NCBI GenBank assembly: GCA_965240325.2
Contig: OZ251224.1
Location: 1,178,001 to 1,242,000 of the forward strand
From: Rebecca billardiae RCC1528
Taxonomy: Eukaryota > Protista > Haptophyta
Direction: 5' to 3'
DNA: 64,000 nt
Part shown: in pieces, positions 58,247 to 64,000 of the stretch
Layout of the letters: each line of letters begins with the position of its first letter
Position numbering within the stretch: position 1 is the stretch's first letter
Position numbers and translations under genes: made by a program
The notes under the pieces: generated by a model
The model's input: only the letters and a program-made list of their open reading frames with translations
What the model was told of the DNA's origin: nothing
Databases searched by the model: none

Positions 58247-61200
58247 TCAGAGAGACGCAGCTCCGAATACGACGAATGGCGCCCAGTGGCGGATGTGGAA
58301 GGCTGCGCGCTCAGAGCCGTCGTCGTCGTCGCGCTTGCTGGTCCTGTGAAGCAGCTCGCGCAAAGTTGCTCGCATCAAGCCTGCAATATCCACGTCGTGC
58401 CCGTCGCTGCCCACGTGACCGGCAGCTTGGAGGCTCCCAGCCAGCCGCCCGTACAGCTCCTTCATCATGTCGCAGGTCTTGCTGTCACTGACGGGCCACA
58501 GCGAGGCGACGAGCGTGCTGCAGCCCGCGGAGAGGAAGGCGCGCGAGATGCCGATCAGCCCCTCAGAGCGCAGCTCGCCGCGGAACGTGTCGCACGCGCT
58601 CAGCACCATGAGCTGCACCTCTCGCAGGTCGAGAGACTCCACGTCCACCATCTCCAGCGTCGCCTCGTCGTAGCTGGAGCCAGCCAGGTGCAGGCCTGTC
58701 GGCGAGCCGTGCACGGCGAAGTGCACAAAGTGTGCGCGCGCGAGGTGCTCCATGAGCGCAGGCTTTGTCACATGCTTGCCCATCAGCAGCGTCACCTCCA
58801 GCTTGCTCGCCACGGCCGCCCTCGAGTCCAAGAGCTGGCTCACGGCGCGCGCCTCGGCGTGCGCTTTGCGAAGCTCGCTCAGCGCCTCGCCCACCACGTC
58901 GCCCACGGCGAGCTGCTCCGAGAGCTGCTTCCGCTGTGCAGGCTCGAGGTCACACACCACCTTCCGCGCGCCGCCGTCGACCGCCATCGCCTCCACCCAC
59001 ACGCACCAGTCCCTGTCATCGCGCACGCCTTCGCTCGCCTCCTCCACGTCCTTCTTGGTCTCCAGCCGCCACGGCAGCTCGTAGCCAGAGTAGTCCTTCA
59101 CGCCTGCCACGAGGGCGCGCTGCACCGAGTCGCCTTGCGTGCGGGCGGCGCGACTGGCCGCCCGGTGCGCCTCGAGCTGCAGCAGCGCGCCGACCGAGGG
59201 CGCGACGCTCAGCGCGTGGCGCTCGACCAGGTACTTGCCCTCAGCGTCGAGCAGCGCGGCAAACGGCAGCGCGTGGAGGGGGCCGTCAGGCAGCAGCACG
59301 AGCCGCTCGCGCCCTCGCAGCGCCTGCGCCAGCGGCTCGATGAGCAGCTCGTGGCACCGCCGCAGCAGCGCCTTCGCCTCCGCATCTGGGTCGAGTGCAT
59401 CGTCACGGCTGCGCTTCCCCCTCGTTTCTGCCATCGCTACCCGCATTGAGGCCCGGATGCAGGGCTCACCAGGCTCGCCCGCTGCGTTGTCCTCCTTGCA
59501 GCAGCGGTCGGTTGCTGACTCGCCGCTGCTGCCGAGGATCGCGTCGCGCGTGTCCTCCACTAGTCTCAGCAGCAACTTCTCGTCCAGCTCGAGCTTGTGC
59601 AGCAGCGGGGCTAATCGTGGGTCTGGCCGCACCACCCACGCCAAGAAGAGCGACTCGGTCGCCTGCGAGAAGAGCACGAGGCAGGCTCGATGGCGCACAG
59701 CGTACTCGCGCATCTGCTGCCACGAGGGCGCCGGCTGCAGCGCGCGCGAGGGGCTTGCGCTCGTCGTGGAGGTGATCGACAGCGGTTGCCGATGCTGGCG
59801 CGCGAGCAGGAGCGCGAGTGAGCGTGCGCGGCTGCGCTCGGCCGCCTCGAGTGCCTCTGCGTCCCTCCCTCCCTCCACGAGCGCACGCTGCAGGCCAGTG
59901 GAGGCCCTGACTGGCAAGCCGGTGTCCCCAAACGAGACACGCGCCAGATCCGAGCTCAGATCGGACCAAAGCGCATCGTACACGGACAGAGCAGCACTGT
60001 AGTTGTCAGCTGCGCGCTCGAAATGCCCGAGTTTGCAGTACGCTGCGCCCAGGTTGCCCAGGCCGATGCCCTCGCCCTGCCTGTCGCCAATCTCGCGGCT
60101 GATGGCCAGCGCCTGCTCGAGGTGCTCGATGGCGCGGTGATACTGCCCGAGGTCGCAGTACGCGACGCCCAGGCTGCCCAGGCGAGTGCCCTCGCCCCGC
60201 CTGTCGCCGATCTCGCGGCTGATGGCCAGCGCCTGCGTGTGGTGCTCGATGGCACGGTCGTACTGCCCGAGGCTGTGGTACGCACCGCCCAGGTTGCCCA
60301 GGTGGCTGCCCTCGCCCTGCCTGTCGCCGATCTCGCGGCTGATGGCCAGCCCCTGCTCGTAGTGCTCGATGGCAAGCCCATATTCCACGAGGTTGCAGTA
60401 CGCGTTGCCCAGGTTGCCCAGGCGCGTGCCCTCGCCCCGCCTGTCGCCAATCTCGCGGCTGATGGCCAGCGCCTGCTCGAGGTGATCAATGGCGCGCTCA
60501 TACTGCCCGAGGTTGCGGTACACGCTGCCCAGGTTGCCCAGCTGGCTGCCCTCGCCCCGCCTGTCGCCAAACTCGCGGCTGATGGCCAGCGCCTGCTTGT
60601 GGTGCTCGATGGCACGCTCGTACTGCCCGAGTTCGAAGTACGCGGCGCCCAGCTTGCCCAGGTCGCTGCCCTCACCCCGCCTGTCGCCAATCTCGCGGCT
60701 GATGGCCAGCCCCTGCTCGTGGTGCTCGATGGCGAGCTGATACTGCCCGAGGTCGCGGTGCGAGATGCCCAGGTTGCCCAGGTGGCTGCCTTCGCCCTGC
60801 CTGTCGCCGATCTCGCGGCTGATGGCCAGAGCCTGCTCGTGGTGCTCGATGGCGCGCTGATACAGCCCGAGGTTGCAGTACGCGACGCCCAGGTTGCCCA
60901 GGTGGCTGCCCTCGCCCTGCCTGTCGCCGATCTCGCGGCTGATGGCCAGCGCCTGCTCGTAGTGCTCGATGGCACGCTCGCACTGCCCGAGTTCGAAGTA
61001 CGCGGCGCCCAGGTTGCCCAAGTGGTTGCCCTCGCCCCGTCTGTCGCCGATCTCGCGGCTGATGGCCAGCGCCTGCGTGAGGTGCTCGATGGCAAGCTGA
61101 TACTGCCCGAGGTTGATGTGTGCGTTGCCCAGGTTGCCGAAGTGGTTGCCCTCGCCCCGCCTGTCACCAATCTCGCGGATGATGGCCAGCGCCTGCTCGT

Positions 61201-63262
61201 GGTGCTCGATGGCAAGCTGATACTGCCCGAGGTCGCGGTGCACGGTGCCCAGGTTGCCCAGGTCGCTGCCCTCGCCCCGCCTGTCGCCAATCTCGCGGCT
61301 GATGGCCAGCGCCTGCTCGTGGTGCTCGATGGCAAGCTGATACTGCCCGAGGTCGCGGTGCGCGATGCCCAGGTTGCCCAAGTGGTTGCCCTCGCCCCGC
61401 CTGTCGCCGATCTCGCGGCTGATGGCCAGCGCCTGCGTGAGGTGCTCGATGGCGCACTCATACTGCCCGAGGTCGTTGTGCGCGATGCCCAGCTTGCCCA
61501 AGTGGTTGCCCTCGCCCCGTCTGTCGCCGATCTCGCGGCTGATGGCCAGCGCCTGCGTGAGGTGCTCGATGGCAAGCTGATACTGCCCGAGTTCGAAGTA
61601 CGCGGCGCCCAGGTTGCCCAAGTGGTTGCCCTCGCCCCGCCTGTCGCCCATCTCGCGGCTGATGGCCAGCGCCTGCTCATAGTGCTCGGTGGCGCGCTGA
61701 TACTGCCCGAGGTTGATGTGCGCGTTGCCCAGGTTGCCTAAGTGGATGCCCTCGCCCCGCCTGTAGCCAATCTCGCGGCTGATGGCCAGCGCCTGCTCGT
61801 AGTGCTCGATGGCGCGCTGAGACTGCCCAAGGCTGTTGTACGCGATGCCCAGGTTGCCCAGGTGGTTGCCCTCGCCCTGCGTGTTGCCAATCTCGCGGCT
61901 GATGGCCAGCGCCAGCTCATGGTGCTCGATGGCGCGCTGTGACTGCCCAAGGCTGTAATACGCACCGCCCAGGTTGCCCAGGTAGGTGCCCTCGCTCCGC
62001 CTGTCGCCAATCTCGCGGCTGATGTCCAGCGCCTGCTCAAGGTGCTCGATGGCAAGCTGATACTGCCCGAGGTCGCTGTGCGCCATGCCCAGGTTGCCCA
62101 GGCCGATGCCCTCGCCCTGCCTGTCGCCAATCTCGCGGCTGATGGCCAGCGCCTGCTCGAGGTGCTCGATGGCAAGCTGATACTGCCCGTGGAGGCTGTG
62201 CGTGGCGCCCAGGTTGCCCAGGGCGATGCCCTCTCCCTGCATGTCGCCGATCTCGCGGCTGATGGCCAGCCCCTGCTCGTAGTGCTCGATGGCAAGCTGA
62301 TACTGCCCGAGATCGCTGTGCGCGTTGCCCAGGTTGCCCAGGTGGCTGCCCTCGCCCCGCCTGTCACCGATCTCGCGGCTGATGGCCAGCGCCTGCTCGG
62401 AGTGCTCGATGGCACGCTCATACTGCCCGAGGCTGTAATACGCACCGCCCAGGTTGCCCAGGTCGCTGCCCTCGCCCTGCCTGTCGCCGATCTCGCGGCT
62501 GATGGCCAGCGCCTGCTCGTAGTGCTCGATCGCAAGCTGATACTGCCCGAGGTCGCTGTGCGAGTTGCCCAGGTTGCCCAGGTGGCTGCCCTCGCCCGGC
62601 CTGTCGCCGATCTCGCGGCTGATGGCCAGCGCCTGCTCGAGGTGCTCGATGGCGCGCTGATACTGCTCGAGGTCGCGGTGCGCGATGCCCAGGTTGCCCA
62701 GGTGCCTGCCCTCGCCCCGCCTGTCGCCGATCTCGCGGCTGATGGCCAGCGCCTGCGTGAGGTGCTCGATGGCGCGCTCATACTGCCCGAGGTCGTTGTG
62801 CGCCATGCCCAGCTTGCCCAAGTGGTTGCCCTCGCCCCGTCTGTCGCCGATCTCGCGGCTGATGGCCAGCGCCTGCGTGAGGTGCTCGATGGCGCGCTCA
62901 TACTGCCCGAGATTGATGTACGCGATGCCCAGGCTGCCCAGGTGCCTGCCCTCGCCCCGCCTGTCGCCGATCTCGCGGCTGATGGCCAGCGCCTGCGTGA
63001 GGTGCTCGATGGCGCGCTGATACTGCCCGAGGTTGCCGAACGCGACGCCCAGGTTGCCCAGGTTGTTGCCCTCGCCCCGCCTGTCGCCAATCTCGCGGCT
63101 GGTGGCCAGCGCCTGCTCCAGGGCCTCCATCCGCGTCGTCTTTCTGATGAGGTTTCGACGCGTGGAACCGCCTTGGCGGCGGAGGAGGCCAGGGTCCAGA
63201 CGCCACTGGGCGACTGGTGCGTTGCGGGCGTCAATCTCGCCTGCCTGGAGAGCGCTGTACAT
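58247..63262 (-). CDS. TPR-repeat CHAT-domain (caspase-like) protein, TTC28-like
   Basis: About 26 tandem 40-aa TPR units, then AERSRARSL, LLIEPL..PDGPLHALPFAAL, HFAVHG and VLSACDT (His/Cys dyad), VASLWPVSD and WAPF. Start may be 63262 or 63130. Confidence 0.92.
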   Translation of the reverse strand: MYSALQAGEIDARNAPVAQWRLDPGLLRRQGGSTRRNLIRKTTRMEALEQALATSREIGDRRGEGNNLGNLGVAFGNLGQYQRAIEHLTQALAISREIGDRRGEGRHLGSLGIAYINLGQYERAIEHLTQALAISREIGDRRGEGNHLGKLGMAHNDLGQYERAIEHLTQALAISREIGDRRGEGRHLGNLGIAHRDLEQYQRAIEHLEQALAISREIGDRPGEGSHLGNLGNSHSDLGQYQLAIEHYEQALAISREIGDRQGEGSDLGNLGGAYYSLGQYERAIEHSEQALAISREIGDRRGEGSHLGNLGNAHSDLGQYQLAIEHYEQGLAISREIGDMQGEGIALGNLGATHSLHGQYQLAIEHLEQALAISREIGDRQGEGIGLGNLGMAHSDLGQYQLAIEHLEQALDISREIGDRRSEGTYLGNLGGAYYSLGQSQRAIEHHELALAISREIGNTQGEGNHLGNLGIAYNSLGQSQRAIEHYEQALAISREIGYRRGEGIHLGNLGNAHINLGQYQRATEHYEQALAISREMGDRRGEGNHLGNLGAAYFELGQYQLAIEHLTQALAISREIGDRRGEGNHLGKLGIAHNDLGQYECAIEHLTQALAISREIGDRRGEGNHLGNLGIAHRDLGQYQLAIEHHEQALAISREIGDRRGEGSDLGNLGTVHRDLGQYQLAIEHHEQALAIIREIGDRRGEGNHFGNLGNAHINLGQYQLAIEHLTQALAISREIGDRRGEGNHLGNLGAAYFELGQCERAIEHYEQALAISREIGDRQGEGSHLGNLGVAYCNLGLYQRAIEHHEQALAISREIGDRQGEGSHLGNLGISHRDLGQYQLAIEHHEQGLAISREIGDRRGEGSDLGKLGAAYFELGQYERAIEHHKQALAISREFGDRRGEGSQLGNLGSVYRNLGQYERAIDHLEQALAISREIGDRRGEGTRLGNLGNAYCNLVEYGLAIEHYEQGLAISREIGDRQGEGSHLGNLGGAYHSLGQYDRAIEHHTQALAISREIGDRRGEGTRLGSLGVAYCDLGQYHRAIEHLEQALAISREIGDRQGEGIGLGNLGAAYCKLGHFERAADNYSAALSVYDALWSDLSSDLARVSFGDTGLPVRASTGLQRALVEGGRDAEALEAAERSRARSLALLLARQHRQPLSITSTTSASPSRALQPAPSWQQMREYAVRHRACLVLFSQATESLFLAWVVRPDPRLAPLLHKLELDEKLLLRLVEDTRDAILGSSGESATDRCCKEDNAAGEPGEPCIRASMRVAMAETRGKRSRDDALDPDAEAKALLRRCHELLIEPLAQALRGRERLVLLPDGPLHALPFAALLDAEGKYLVERHALSVAPSVGALLQLEAHRAASRAARTQGDSVQRALVAGVKDYSGYELPWRLETKKDVEEASEGVRDDRDWCVWVEAMAVDGGARKVVCDLEPAQRKQLSEQLAVGDVVGEALSELRKAHAEARAVSQLLDSRAAVASKLEVTLLMGKHVTKPALMEHLARAHFVHFAVHGSPTGLHLAGSSYDEATLEMVDVESLDLREVQLMVLSACDTFRGELRSEGLIGISRAFLSAGCSTLVASLWPVSDSKTCDMMKELYGRLAGSLQAAGHVGSDGHDVDIAGLMRATLRELLHRTSKRDDDDGSERAAFHIRHWAPFVVFGAASL
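60025..63130 (-). repeat. Tandem array of ~26 x 120-bp coding repeats (TPR units)
   Basis: Exact 120-bp periodicity with no indels, visible as every second 60-nt line aligning. Confidence 0.97.
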
Positions 63263-63287
63263 GTGCGTCTCTTATTCTTAGTAAACT
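63261..63287 (-). repeat. Truncated terminus of the same MITE family abutting the TPR-CHAT ORF start
   Basis: The minus strand reads AGTTTACTAAGAATAAGAGACGCAC-ATG. Confidence 0.7.
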
Positions 63288-64000
63288 AGAGAGTGAGTTG
63301 CAGCCGCCGGAGGCCGCTCGAGCAAGGGTAGTAAGGGTGAGCAACTCCGCTGGCGACAGCCGCGGAGGTCGGCAGCCCTCTGTTTGAGACCCCTTCAGGG
63401 AAATCGGCCTTGGCCCGGATGAAAGCTGCACTGGTGGCCCGGATGCCATCCGGGCCAAGCGCGGCTTGGCCCGGATGGCGAGATACATACGGGATGCCGC
63501 TCAGATCATATGCCGTGCGCGCGTGCGCGCGGCCTCGCGCCCGCGCACGGCCGGGCACGGGCGCGGCGGGCCGGCGTTAGCGGTCGCGCACCGGCGCTTG
63601 GGTGCGTGTTACCCGTCCCCGCCCTCGGAGCGTGCCCGCACGCCCTCCTCCGCCGCCGCGCAGCGCGCTTGTGCCTGCGGCCTCGCAGCCCGCGTGGGCG
63701 CGCCGAAAGCACGGGCGCGCACCGAGCCGCTTGTGGCGCATCAGGCCCGGCGCGTGGGCGCATGGCATGGGCATTGGTGAGCATACGCCTTCGGGCTTTC
63801 GCGATGCCGGCTGTGCTGAGCCTCCCGACCACGAGCAGCGCGCGTGGCGCAGCAGAGGCCAGGCAGCGGCTGGGCTGACCGCTCGGGCGCTCGGCGCCGC
63901 CAAGCGACACATCCGCGGTCAGGACGAGGCGGCACGCGGCGTATGTGCCAGCTGTAGACTGCAAACCGTGCGTCAATCAGCGTGCCACCACGGAACGCCC

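Noticed and set aside
60025-63130. Regular array as a CRISPR array, or TPR-CHAT as part of a type III-E Craspase system
   Set aside because: The units are in-frame 120-bp coding repeats with no unique spacers. There are no cas genes and the context is eukaryotic with introns.

Overview
Eukaryotic nuclear DNA, very GC-rich in coding regions, with short GC-rich GT-AG introns. The style and gene content suggest a haptophyte alga (Pavlovales-like); this is an inference. About 21 genes lie in compact islands, several as head-to-head pairs: MLH3, an Mpv17/PMP22-ACT-ACT fusion, a NeuB-family synthase next to a STELLO glycosyltransferase, a zf-4CXXC_R1-like protein, DUF1997, a PNKD-like hydrolase, a GARP/Myb factor, SF1 next to SNRNP27, a GT61 glycosyltransferase, BTB-BACK, RAD51D, a coiled-coil protein, MiaA/IPT, an ARM-like-MYND protein and a 26-repeat TPR-CHAT protease. 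The most striking gene is a spliced ~1120-aa fusion of C2, C2, tyrosinase, lid, MMP prodomain, matrixin and an EF-hand-like tail. The islands are separated by less GC-rich spacers. These contain a ~1.1-kb foldback element, three ~1.6-kb Helitron2/Helentron-like non-autonomous elements, a TA-flanked CAGT-terminal MITE family with solo termini, many TACAGTA/TACTGTA putative excision footprints, and microsatellites. No rRNA, tRNA or CRISPR array was recognised. All calls were made by eye, without database searches.
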